Source: an uncultured Chloroflexia bacterium (lineage in GTDB: Bacteria > Chloroflexota > Limnocylindria > Limnocylindrales > CSP1-4). From it: DNA of 64,000 bases. The stretch is from NCBI GenBank assembly GCA_963712745.1, contig CAVQJC010000001.1:46271-110270 (forward strand). Direction: 5' to 3'. A program made the position numbers and the translations under genes. Positions 1 through 8,615 of the stretch are shown here, one piece after another (within the stretch, counting starts at the first letter, position 1; each line of letters begins with the position of its first letter). The notes below the pieces were generated by a model. The model saw only the letters and a program-made list of their open reading frames with translations, had not been told where the DNA came from and searched no databases.

Positions 1-1
1 C

Positions 2-1282
2 CAGCGTGGGAGCGCGGAGGTCTGGGATCCGGCCACCGGCACGTTCAGTCCGACCGGCTCGCTCATCCGTCCGCGCTTCGAGGACTTCTCGGCGCTGCCG
101 CTGGTCGATGGACGCGTCCTCATCACCGGACCGGGCCACGACGAACGACCGCTGCTGGACGAGGCCTGGGACCCGGCCACCGGCACGTTCGCCACGACCC
201 CTACGGTCGTCTGGTCGGATTACGAGAGCACGGCCACGGTGCTGCCGGATGGCCGCATCGTGGTCATCGGTGGCGGCGATGAGTTCAATGGGGCGGACGT
301 CTGGGACCCAGCGACGTGGTCGAGCGTGCCGGCGGGTGAGCTCATCCGCTCACGGGGACGGCACGCCGCCGCACTGCTGCAGGACGGCCGCGTCCTAGTG
401 GTAGGTGGCGACGTCGCCGCAGCCGAAGTCTGGGACCCGCACGGGCTGCCGGTGCCGGTGAGCGAGGAGTTCGAACGGGTCGGGCTGCCCTCTGTCTTCG
501 GGAACCGGGTTGGCGACCTCATCGTGCTCGATGACGAGGGCTTCTGCTCCTACCTGCTGGGCGGGATCTGGAACCGCGCCTCGATCGTCCCCAGCGACCT
601 CGTGCTCGGCCAGAGCAGCGACAAGCAGGCCGTGCAGGCCGCCGTCGACGCCAACGCCCAGTTCCCGGCTACCGACGGCGAGATGCTGGAGCGGTGTGCC
701 CAGACGCTCCGCCGGTTCCGAACCGCGGAGCCCGACGCGCTGGCCCCGGAGTGGTCGAAAGACCACCCGGTCGTGCCGCAGGCGTTCGCAAGCCTGGTCA
801 CGGACGAAACGACCGGGGACGATGCACGGCCGCGGATGGAGCCCTCCGACCGCACCTCTCTCGAGTTGCAGATGCTCCTCGGCGTTCGCGATGACCTGCA
901 GGGATCGTGCGTGCCCAGGCGCAGTGACCTCCCGACGGGCTCCATCGCGGCCATCCAGTGCACGCCACGAGCGCCCGGCATCGAGCGGGTCCGAATCTAT
1001 CTGTTCGAGCGTAGGCTCGAACTCATGGACGCCTACTTCGCCAGGCTCGCGCGGGCGGGCGCCACAGTCTCAAGACCGCACTACCCACAGGTGCAGGGGG
1101 CCTCTTTCGTGGACAGGACGGGGCGGGCTCACTTCCTCATCCCGAGCGCGCCGAACACCCTGTTCGAGGTCATCGGGAGCGGACGCAACGCAGAACGGGC
1201 GCGCCTCTTCGCCCACTTGGGCAACCAGGACCAGCCTGGTGGACCCACGCTCTGCTGCGACGGTGGGAGCCCTGAGAAATGA
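2..1282 (+). CDS. Kelch-repeat (beta-propeller) protein, 5' end outside window, with uncharacterised C-terminal domains
   Basis: The frame of ORF 239..1282 stays open back to nt 2. It shows repeated blades of the form DGRVL(I/V)xGG ... (V/A)WDPATG. GC3 is high. Confidence 0.6.
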   Translation, partial: QRGSAEVWDPATGTFSPTGSLIRPRFEDFSALPLVDGRVLITGPGHDERPLLDEAWDPATGTFATTPTVVWSDYESTATVLPDGRIVVIGGGDEFNGADVWDPATWSSVPAGELIRSRGRHAAALLQDGRVLVVGGDVAAAEVWDPHGLPVPVSEEFERVGLPSVFGNRVGDLIVLDDEGFCSYLLGGIWNRASIVPSDLVLGQSSDKQAVQAAVDANAQFPATDGEMLERCAQTLRRFRTAEPDALAPEWSKDHPVVPQAFASLVTDETTGDDARPRMEPSDRTSLELQMLLGVRDDLQGSCVPRRSDLPTGSIAAIQCTPRAPGIERVRIYLFERRLELMDAYFARLARAGATVSRPHYPQVQGASFVDRTGRAHFLIPSAPNTLFEVIGSGRNAERARLFAHLGNQDQPGGPTLCCDGGSPEK

Positions 1283-2229
1283 GGGCGACCGAGCGAAGGA
1301 GAACGATCATGCGGCGCACCGTCATCGCGACACTGGTGCTGGCACTCGTTGCGGCTCCCGGAGCTGCGTCCGCCATCGACGACGATGCATCCACGTCCTT
1401 GAGCCCGCCCGCCGGGCTCACCTGCCAGGACTACGTGACGAGCGAAGTGGCTAACGATCCCTTCGCCTTCGGGGCGGCGGCAGCGGTCAGTTGCCCCGGG
1501 ACCGAATCAGAGGGGTTCCCCAGAGTCGACTACCTGACGCTGTTCCGCTTCCCGGACGGGCCGACGATGGGCGAATACTGGGAATTCCGCAGCGACCAGA
1601 ATCCGAAGCTGCCGAAGCGAGCAGAGGCCTGCGCCGACGGCAACAAGGGCTCCGCCGAATGGGCTCACGGCGACTACTTCTGCTACGTGTCCAAGTCAGG
1701 TGGTCACGCATTGCTGCGCTGGACCGACGACCGCACGAACACGTACGGCGTGCTCGACGCTACCGATAGCAGCATCGCGCCGCTGTTCCGGTCGTGGACC
1801 AGGCTCCGAGGAGATGGGGCCAAGGCGCACGATCTGGTCGCACCGGCCGAGGTAGCCCCGAGACCCGTCGAGGGGTTCGCCCAGGATGGCTTGCCCACGC
1901 TTGCCGGCCACACCACCGAGGACGGGGTCATCGTCCTGCGCGACGAGGACTTCTGCGCATACCTGCTCGGCAGTATCTGGGGGCAGGACTCGGTCATCCT
2001 CACCGAACTCGTCTTCGTCGAGGGCACGGACGATCGGTCGATCGAGAAGGCCGTCGAGACGTATGCGCAGAACCCACCGACCGACGAGTACGCGCTGGAG
2101 CGCTGCGTTGGGGCACTGAACCGGTACCGCACGCGCGGTGGCGAGGTGATGCCCTTCCCGTGGTGGGCCAGCGAGAACCCGGTCATCCCCGAGGTCTTCG
2201 CGACGCTCTGGGGTGACGTGGAGCGATGA
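1279..2229 (+). CDS. Secreted hypothetical protein, paralogous to the C-terminal domains of the upstream Kelch protein
   Basis: ATGA start/stop overlap with the upstream CDS. Signal peptide RRTVIATLVLALVAAPGAASA. DEDFCAYLLGSIWGQDS...ALERCVGALNRYRT aligns with DEGFCSYLLGGIWNRAS...MLERCAQTLRRFRT of the neighbour. Confidence 0.55.
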   Translation: MRATERRRTIMRRTVIATLVLALVAAPGAASAIDDDASTSLSPPAGLTCQDYVTSEVANDPFAFGAAAAVSCPGTESEGFPRVDYLTLFRFPDGPTMGEYWEFRSDQNPKLPKRAEACADGNKGSAEWAHGDYFCYVSKSGGHALLRWTDDRTNTYGVLDATDSSIAPLFRSWTRLRGDGAKAHDLVAPAEVAPRPVEGFAQDGLPTLAGHTTEDGVIVLRDEDFCAYLLGSIWGQDSVILTELVFVEGTDDRSIEKAVETYAQNPPTDEYALERCVGALNRYRTRGGEVMPFPWWASENPVIPEVFATLWGDVER

Positions 2230-2360
2230 CGAGACATCCGGGATCGACCGCACTCGTGGCACCAGTTTCGAACTCGCGCGCACCCCTGACACGGGCGCGA
2301 CCCGGGCTGCGCCACTCCGCGGACAAGGTGCGACACCGCAGGACCCTTGAAGGTCGGGGG

Positions 2361-2437
2361 TGGTGGGCGATACTGGATTCGAACCAGTGACCTCGCGGAT
2401 GTGAACCGCGCGCTCTAACCAACTGAGCCAATCGCCC
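2361..2437 (-). tRNA. tRNA-Val (anticodon CAC), CCA encoded
   Basis: The reverse complement reads GGGCGAT-TG-GCTC-AGTTGGTTA-GAGC-G-CGCGG-TTCACAT-CCGCG-AGGTC-ACTGG-TTCGAAT-CCAGT-ATCGCCC-A-CCA. This is a full cloverleaf with anticodon loop TTCACAT. Confidence 0.9.
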
Positions 2438-2541
2438 GTGGGACGAAGAGTATAGCCCGCTCACAGCGGAACGCCCGACGGCCCGAGCGCCAGGCTGAGC
2501 TGGGCCGTCCGGCCCTTGACGGTCCCGGCTCGCAGCGCGGG

Positions 2542-3165
2542 ATGATGCCCGTGAGGCACGCGATGCGACCAGCGACAACGGGAATAGCAGTGGTCATCAT
2601 CCTGGTGATGGTGCTCATGTCCTGCTCGCTCGAGCAGCGGTCCGACCGGGCGCAGATCACGGTCGACCCGGCCGGCCGGGTCGAGTCTGTCGAGATCGGC
2701 ATCGCGCTGACGTTCCCGGAGGACTGGCAGGTAGAGGCGTGGCCGGCCAGCTCGACTGAGCCGTTGACGTCGATCCGCGAACCCGACCTGCGCGAGCTGA
2801 TCATCCCGGTCGTAGCGGCTGTGCCCCCGACGAGGCACGACCGCTGCGTGCTCGTGGACCTGGGCCCGCTCGTGGAGGCACAGGCAGGCTGGACGACGCT
2901 CGAAGAGGTGGTGGGCGGGTTGCGGCAGCTGCTCGAAGCTGATGGCCGCTGGGTCGCCTTCGGAAGCACGGTCGTCGACCTGCCCGCCGGTCCTACCGGA
3001 CGCATCCAACGGGTCCGCGACGGCGAAGCGGAGTCAGTCAGCAGCTATGTCTTCACACGGGCCGAGGCATGGTTCCTGCTCGAATGCGTCGTCCACGAAG
3101 TCCTCACCGAGGACTGGCGCTCCATCGCCCGGACGTTCGAGTTCCTCGCGCCTGTCCCCGTGTGA
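2542..3165 (+). CDS. Putative lipoprotein, function unknown
   Basis: N-terminal hydrophobic segment ending in the lipobox-like LMSC. No family recognised. Confidence 0.45.
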   Translation: MMPVRHAMRPATTGIAVVIILVMVLMSCSLEQRSDRAQITVDPAGRVESVEIGIALTFPEDWQVEAWPASSTEPLTSIREPDLRELIIPVVAAVPPTRHDRCVLVDLGPLVEAQAGWTTLEEVVGGLRQLLEADGRWVAFGSTVVDLPAGPTGRIQRVRDGEAESVSSYVFTRAEAWFLLECVVHEVLTEDWRSIARTFEFLAPVPV

Positions 3166-3237
3166 TCAAGCCCACCCGCCGCCCGGCGCTGAACCGGCTC
3201 GCTGCAGGACACGCGACGGCGAGGCGGCCGTGCACGG

Positions 3238-3528
3238 CTACGCGCGGGCGATGCTCGCTCCGGGCCAGCGTCGCGTGACCTGGCTGACGGTCACGCCCTC
3301 GATGCGCACACGCTTGTGGCGGCTGGCCGCACCGCTCACCAGGGAGACAGCACCCTTGGGCAGGCCCAGGGTCCTGGCCAGCAGCTTGAGCGCAGCCTTG
3401 TTGGCAGCACCATCGGCCGGGGCTGCGGTGACCCGCAGTCGGATGGCACCCTCGGCGTCGACCTCCTCGACCGCGTCGTGACTCGACCGTGGCGTCACGC
3501 GGACGGCCACGATCAGCGCCTCACTCAC
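3238..3528 (-). CDS. yggU: DUF167 / YggU family protein
   Basis: VRVTPRSS...RLRVTAAPADGAANKAALKLLARTLGLPKGAVSLVSGAASRHKRVRIEG is typical DUF167. It overlaps the yggT stop by 4 nt. Confidence 0.8.
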   Translation of the reverse strand: MSEALIVAVRVTPRSSHDAVEEVDAEGAIRLRVTAAPADGAANKAALKLLARTLGLPKGAVSLVSGAASRHKRVRIEGVTVSQVTRRWPGASIARA

Positions 3529-3776
3529 AGGTACCAGGTCATGCGCATGAGCAGGCCCAGCCCGATGAGCAGCACCAGCGGCGAGAAGTCGAACGAGCCC
3601 GACTGTGGCAGCACGCGTCGGATGGGTGCGAGGAAGGGCTCGGTCAAGCTGAAGAGGAACTGGCCCAGGGGCTTCTCGAACTGGGGGTCGACCCAGCTGA
3701 AGAGCACGCGCCCCAGCATCACCACCCAGGCCGTGGTCACGAGCGACTGCAGCAGGATGCGGAGGAAGTCTTCCAC
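3525..3776 (-). CDS. yggT: YggT family membrane protein
   Basis: 83 aa with two TM segments. The motif LTEPFLAPIRRVLP is characteristic of YggT/Ycf19. Confidence 0.85.
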   Translation of the reverse strand: MEDFLRILLQSLVTTAWVVMLGRVLFSWVDPQFEKPLGQFLFSLTEPFLAPIRRVLPQSGSFDFSPLVLLIGLGLLMRMTWYL

Positions 3777-3786
3777 GGCTCGGTGC

Positions 3787-4479
3787 TCAGCTGATGGGAG
3801 GGCGCTCTCCGAAGAGCGCCCGGCCGACCCGCACGACCGTACTGCCTTCCTCGATGGCGGCCTCGTAGTCGTCGGTCATACCCATGGACAAGCCAGGACC
3901 CAGGCGTGGGTCGGAAACCCGCAGGCGCTCGGAGAGCTCGCGCAGGCGGACGAAGGTGGGGCGAGCCTCCGCAGCGCCGCCGGTCAGCCAGCCCACGGTC
4001 ATGAGACCGGCCACCTCGACGTTGGCCAGGTCCAGGACATCGGCCAGCTCGCGCTCCAGCGCATCCGGCGCGAAGCCGGCCTTGGCCGGGTCGGCATCGA
4101 CGTTGACCTGCAGGTAGACCGGTAGCCGCCCAGCGCCGCGCCAACCGTGCTCGCCCACCAGGCGGTCCAGCCGGGTCGCCAGGGCCAGTGAGTCCACCGA
4201 CTCGATGACGTCGAAGAGCTCGATGGCCCTGGCTGCCTTGTTCTTCTGCAAGTGGCCCACCAGGTGCCAGGTGGCCGGGGCCAAGGCGGGGATCTTGCCG
4301 GCCGCCTCCTGCACCCGGTTCTCCCCGAACAGGTCGATGCCGGCGGCCTGGGCCAGGCGCAGCCGTTCGGCCGGGACGGTCTTGGAGATGGCTACGAGAG
4401 TCGCGGCGCCGGCCGGGCGACCCGAACGCACGCAGGCCGCCGCCATTCGCCCGCGGACATCGGCGCGGGCGGCGGCCAA
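3787..4479 (-). CDS. yggS: YggS family pyridoxal-phosphate homeostasis protein
   Basis: LVAISKTVPAERLRLA...FGENRVQE...WHLVGHLQKNK...SMGMTDDYEAAIEEGSTVVRVGRALFG. Canonical position downstream of ftsZ. Confidence 0.9.
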   Translation of the reverse strand: MAAARADVRGRMAAACVRSGRPAGAATLVAISKTVPAERLRLAQAAGIDLFGENRVQEAAGKIPALAPATWHLVGHLQKNKAARAIELFDVIESVDSLALATRLDRLVGEHGWRGAGRLPVYLQVNVDADPAKAGFAPDALERELADVLDLANVEVAGLMTVGWLTGGAAEARPTFVRLRELSERLRVSDPRLGPGLSMGMTDDYEAAIEEGSTVVRVGRALFGERPPIS

Positions 4480-4533
4480 CTCGGAGACGGCCCGCTCGTC
4501 GAGCGGGCCCAGTTCAGTGTTCGTTGGTACGGG

Positions 4534-5751
4534 TCAGCGGCTGCGGCGGAGGAACGCGGGGATGTCGAGGTCCTCTTCCTTGGAAGAACCCCGGGATTCG
4601 CCCGCGGCCACGGGCTGGCCCGTCGAGACCGGCACGGCCACGGCCTGCCTGGCTTCGCCCTGGCCCTCGGACTCGGCCTTGTCGCCGGCCGCCGTGCGCT
4701 GGCGCGCCAGCTCCTGCATGAAGTCGCGGTTGTCGAGCCCGGCCTGGACACCGGCATCGACGCCTTCCTCGGCACCGACCTGCAGGTACGAGGCCTGGCG
4801 GTTGTGGTCGAAGCCGGTGGCGATGACTGTGATCTGCAGGTCCTCACCCATGCGCTCGTCGATGACCGTACCGAAGATGATGTTGGCCTCCGGGTCGGCC
4901 ATCTCCTTGATGATCTCCGCGGCCTCGTCGATCTCGAAGAGGCCCAGGCTGGGACCACCGGTGACGTTGAAGAGCACGCCCTGGGCGCCACTGATGCTGA
5001 CCTCGAGCAGGGGGCTGCTGATGGCCTCGCGCGCCGCCTCCGCAGCGCGATCGGGTCCGCTGGCGCGGCCGATGCCCATGAGCGCCGAGCCGGCCGAGCG
5101 CATGACAGCGCGCACGTCGGCGAAGTCGAGGTTGATGAGGCCGGGCACGGTGATGAGGTCGCTGATGCCCTGCACGCCCTGGCGCAGGACGTCGTCGACG
5201 ACGCGGAAGGCGTCGACGATGGAGGTCTCCTCGCTGACCACCTCCTTGAGGCGATCGTTGGGGATGGTGATGAGCGTGTCGACCTTGTCGCGCAGCAGCT
5301 CGGCCGACTTCTCGGCGTTGAGGCGGCGACGGGCGCCTTCCCAGCTGAAGGGCTTGGTCACCACGCCGATGGTCAGAGCACCCATGTCGCGCGCGATCTC
5401 GGCGATGACGGGTGCGGCTCCCGACCCGGTCCCACCACCCATGCCGGCGGTGATGAAGACCATGTCGGAGTCACGGAGGGCGTCGGCGATCTTCTCGGAG
5501 TCTTCCTCGGCGGCACGCTGGCCGATGGAGGGGTCGCCGCCGGCGCCGAGGCCGCGGGTGATCTTGTCGCCGACGCGGATCTTGTTGGGCGCGTCCGACT
5601 GCAGCAGGGCTTGGGCATCGGTATTGACAGCGATGAACTCCACGCCCATCAGCTCGGCCCGGATCATGCGGTTGACGGCGTTGCTGCCACCACCGCCGAC
5701 CCCGATCACACGGATGAGAGCGAAGTTCTCTGAGTCAGAACGCAACGGCAT
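4534..5751 (-). CDS. ftsZ: Cell division GTPase FtsZ
   Basis: [41 protein letters not shown], and the C-terminal DIPAFLRR peptide. I prefer the ATG at 5751 (GGAGGG about 9 nt upstream) over the ORF-track start at 5784. Confidence 0.95.
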   Translation of the reverse strand: MPLRSDSENFALIRVIGVGGGGSNAVNRMIRAELMGVEFIAVNTDAQALLQSDAPNKIRVGDKITRGLGAGGDPSIGQRAAEEDSEKIADALRDSDMVFITAGMGGGTGSGAAPVIAEIARDMGALTIGVVTKPFSWEGARRRLNAEKSAELLRDKVDTLITIPNDRLKEVVSEETSIVDAFRVVDDVLRQGVQGISDLITVPGLINLDFADVRAVMRSAGSALMGIGRASGPDRAAEAAREAISSPLLEVSISGAQGVLFNVTGGPSLGLFEIDEAAEIIKEMADPEANIIFGTVIDERMGEDLQITVIATGFDHNRQASYLQVGAEEGVDAGVQAGLDNRDFMQELARQRTAAGDKAESEGQGEARQAVAVPVSTGQPVAAGESRGSSKEEDLDIPAFLRRSR

Positions 5752-6032
5752 GTAATTGATCCCTCCAGATCGCGCACCAGGCACCTGCAGCCCATCGGGC
5801 CACCCGCACGGTCAGGGGCAACTCCTGAAGACCACCTGGTCGGTTCGGCCGAGTATATCCTCGGTCCCCGACTCAGGGATAGTCCCGTAGGTCGCCGGCT
5901 CCGAGCGTGCGTGCAGGGAGGCCTCCCGTTCTTGGCGCCTTTGGTCAACGGGCGGACGGATGGTGCTGCAGGGCGATGCCCGGAACGCCTGGCACGGGAC
6001 CCTGAGCCTCAGAGCCCGCCGTCCTGGCGCAT

Positions 6033-6126
6033 GGCCGTGCTGTTGGCGCGTGGCCATGCCGTGGCGCACGGCCGTGCCGTTGGAGCGTGGCCGTGCCGTT
6101 GGCGCGTGGCCGTGCCGTGGCAGATC
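6033..6126. repeat. Five tandem ~19-nt units (consensus GGCCGTGCCGTTGGCGCGT) in the ftsA-ftsZ spacer
   Basis: Read directly: units begin at 6033, 6052, 6070, 6089 and 6108. Unit length is not a multiple of 3. Confidence 0.8.
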
Positions 6127-6135
6127 AGCGGCTCT

Positions 6136-6282
6136 TCCCGCTGGACGGGACAACACTGCCAGCACGACCGCGGAAGCTCACGACGGTCCCGTTGGGCGGG
6201 AACCGCGGGCGCTTCTTCCCGTTGGGCGGGGATGCCGGGCAGGTTCGGCGCTTGGGTCGTCGAGTTCTCCCGTTGGACGGGA
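6136..6282. repeat. Four copies of the 15-nt inverted repeat TCCCG-YTGGR-CGGGA (small hairpins) in the ftsA-ftsZ spacer
   Basis: Copies at 6136-6150, 6187-6201, 6217-6231 (last base G) and 6268-6282. Spacing is 51/30/51 nt. Each has a 5-bp stem and 5-nt loop. Confidence 0.75.
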
Positions 6283-6322
6283 ACCACCATGGCTACTGCG
6301 GGCCCACGGGCGACGGCTGCAG

Positions 6323-7558
6323 CTAGGGGAAGAAGCGGCGCACCACCTCGCGCACGCGATCCCAGTTCTGGGCGCGTGGCGGTGGCTCGTAGCGCAGCAG
6401 GTCCTCGGTGGTGACCACGTGGGCCGCCCACAGCAGCAGGCCGATGGCCGTCGCGTAGCTCGGCGTGAGCAGGTGGTCGGTGAGCCCGCCGACGCCCTCC
6501 GGCGCCGCCACCCGCACCGGGACCTGGAGCACATCGCGGGCGAGCTCGGCGGCGTTGGCCAGCTGGGCTGCACCACCGGTGAGCACCAGTCCGGCGGGCA
6601 GGCGGTGAGCGCTGGCGTTGTCCGACAACTCCTCGCCGATCTTCTCGAAGAGCTCGCGCATGCGCGCGTCGATGATCTCGGTCACGTCCGCCTTGCGCGC
6701 CGGACGCGCCACACCGTCGTCGATGATCTCGACCGCAGCCTCGCTGTCGTCGGGGGCCGACATGGCCTCCTGCGAGCCGAACTGCATCTTCAGCTGTTCA
6801 GCCGCGGTCAGGTTCGTGCGCAGGCCGATGGCGATGTCGTTGGTCACGTTGACGCCACCGAGCGGGATGACCGAGGTGTAGAAGGGCGTGCCATCGGCGT
6901 AGAGCGCAAGGTCGGTAGTGCCCGCCCCGATGTCGGCCACGGCCACGCCCAGCTCCTTCTCGGTCTCGCTCAGCACCGCCTCGCCCGAGGCGATGGAGGA
7001 GACGACGAGCTCATCGGGCCGCATGCCCGCGTGTCGTACGCACTTGGTCAGGTTCTGCAACGCCGTGGCGCCGCCGTGGACGATGTGTGTGGTGACCTCG
7101 AGGCGGATGGCGCTCATGCCCTCGGGGTCCTTCACGCCCTCCTGGCCGTCGACGGTGAAGTCGCGCGGCAGCACGTGCAGGACCTCCCGGTTGGAGGGGA
7201 TGGTCACCGCCCGCGCGACCTCGGTGGCGCGCTCGATATCCTCGCGCGTGACCTCGCGATGGGCGCCGCTGACCGCGACCGTGCCGCGCGAGTTCAGCGA
7301 CTCGAGGTGATCGCCGCCGACGCCGACGAAGGCGGCCTCCAGCCGCAGGCCCGACAGTCGCTCGGCCTGCTCGATGGCACCGCGGATCGAGGTGACGGTC
7401 TGGTCGATGTTGTTGACGAGGCCCTTCTTGACCCCGGTCGTGGGCATCGTGCCCTTGCCGATGATGTCCAGCGTGCCATCGTTGGTGACTTCGCCGACGA
7501 GCACGACGACCTTGCTCGTACCGACATCGAGCGCCACCAGGATCGCTTCGATCTCCAA
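6323..7558 (-). CDS. ftsA: Cell division protein FtsA
   Basis: Actin-fold motifs VALDVGTSKVVVLVGE and VADIGAGTTDLALY. C-terminal amphipathic helix WDRVREVVRRFFP. Lies between ftsQ and ftsZ. Confidence 0.95.
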   Translation of the reverse strand: MEIEAILVALDVGTSKVVVLVGEVTNDGTLDIIGKGTMPTTGVKKGLVNNIDQTVTSIRGAIEQAERLSGLRLEAAFVGVGGDHLESLNSRGTVAVSGAHREVTREDIERATEVARAVTIPSNREVLHVLPRDFTVDGQEGVKDPEGMSAIRLEVTTHIVHGGATALQNLTKCVRHAGMRPDELVVSSIASGEAVLSETEKELGVAVADIGAGTTDLALYADGTPFYTSVIPLGGVNVTNDIAIGLRTNLTAAEQLKMQFGSQEAMSAPDDSEAAVEIIDDGVARPARKADVTEIIDARMRELFEKIGEELSDNASAHRLPAGLVLTGGAAQLANAAELARDVLQVPVRVAAPEGVGGLTDHLLTPSYATAIGLLLWAAHVVTTEDLLRYEPPPRAQNWDRVREVVRRFFP

Positions 7559-7661
7559 GTGATTCCCTTCCTCGACCTTCCGGGGCCCTTGCCAGCCCGG
7601 TGCGCCGACGCACCACGGCTCCTACATTGTGTGCGATGCGGCCGGGTTCCGCAGGGCCGTT

Positions 7662-8615
7662 CTAGCTGCCCTTGGGTCGCTTGTCGTCGAAGGTGGTGAA
7701 CGTTCCGCAGGCCTCGTCCGAGGGAACGAGGCGCACCTGCTCGAGCTTTCGCTCGTGCGCGGCCAGCAGCCAACGCAGGCACTGCACCTGGCGGGGGATG
7801 ATCGTGGGCGGCTGGAGCGCGGGCGTGTAGCGACCGAAGAGCGCCCTCCAGCCACTGTCGCGGCTCTTCAGCACGTAGCCGTCGCGCTGGTCGACGCGCA
7901 GCTCGAGGGCCTCGGACTCGCTGCCCAGCAGCTCCGGGGTGAGGGCCAGCAGCTGGCGCATGATGCTCATGTCCGCCGCCGGCAGGCGCGTACCCACCGT
8001 CGGCGGCTCTTCCACGATGCGCCCGTCCTCGACCACCGGCAGCGCAGCCCTCGCCGCGCCACCCACCGCTGCTGCACTACCCTCGTCGCGGACCTGGCTG
8101 CCCGGCCCGGCCCCCATGGCCTCGCCGGGAGCGAAGAGCATGCCCTCCTCGTCCACGAGCCAGGATTCCTCGAGGTCGCTCCAGATGAAGACCGGGTCGC
8201 GCTCGTCGAGTCGGACCGTGACCTCGGCCGGCAGGCTGACCGTGGCCGAGGCGGCGTCGACCTCGACCAGCTCCGACAGCTCGCTGACGATGTCCGAAGC
8301 TCGGACACGGAAGACGTTGGGCCCGCGGTCGATGTCGGCGAGGTAGGCGCGGACCTGCTCTTCGTCGGCGTGGGCCAGGCCACGGAACGTGACGTTCTCC
8401 TCGGTGACCCGGAAACTCTCGTCGGTCAGCAGCCAGAAGAGCACGGCCGTGAGCGCGATGAGTCCGGCCGCGCCCACCAGCCGCGCCATGGTGGTGTGGC
8501 CGCGGGGCGGGCGCGAGGGCGGATTCGAACGTGGTGCGATCTGGCCGGCGTCTCTGCCCGGCCGGGCGAAGGTCACGGCAAGTCGTCGGGCTCGAGTCGG
8601 TGGTCGGGCGCCCAC
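7662..8615 (-). CDS. ftsQ: Cell division protein FtsQ/DivIB (POTRA domain)
   Basis: Single TM segment LIALTAVLFWLLT followed by a POTRA-like VTFRGLAHADEEQVRAYL. Lies between ddl and ftsA. Exact start uncertain. Confidence 0.8.
   Translation of the reverse strand: MGARPPTRARRLAVTFARPGRDAGQIAPRSNPPSRPPRGHTTMARLVGAAGLIALTAVLFWLLTDESFRVTEENVTFRGLAHADEEQVRAYLADIDRGPNVFRVRASDIVSELSELVEVDAASATVSLPAEVTVRLDERDPVFIWSDLEESWLVDEEGMLFAPGEAMGAGPGSQVRDEGSAAAVGGAARAALPVVEDGRIVEEPPTVGTRLPAADMSIMRQLLALTPELLGSESEALELRVDQRDGYVLKSRDSGWRALFGRYTPALQPPTIIPRQVQCLRWLLAAHERKLEQVRLVPSDEACGTFTTFDDKRPKGS

Noticed and set aside
4205-5755. Long antisense ORFs opposite real genes (for example 4205..5755, 5960..7699, 17640..20027, 28778..30589, 31741..34257, 13685..14749)
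   Set aside because: These are typical stop-codon-poor shadow frames of a very GC-rich genome. Their translations are Arg/Ala/Gly/Pro-rich with no motifs. The opposite strand carries unmistakable conserved proteins.
6033-6126. Tandem direct repeats that might suggest a CRISPR array
   Set aside because: The units are contiguous with no spacers and are only 18-19 nt long. No cas genes are present in the window.
6009-6290. Possible ~95-aa small protein in the ftsA-ftsZ spacer (MVVPVQRENS...; four [VI]P[AV]QRE repeats)
   Set aside because: There is no Shine-Dalgarno sequence before the ATG. Half of it is built from 19-nt (non-triplet) tandem repeats. GC3 is only borderline. The repeats are better explained as nucleic-acid-level hairpins.
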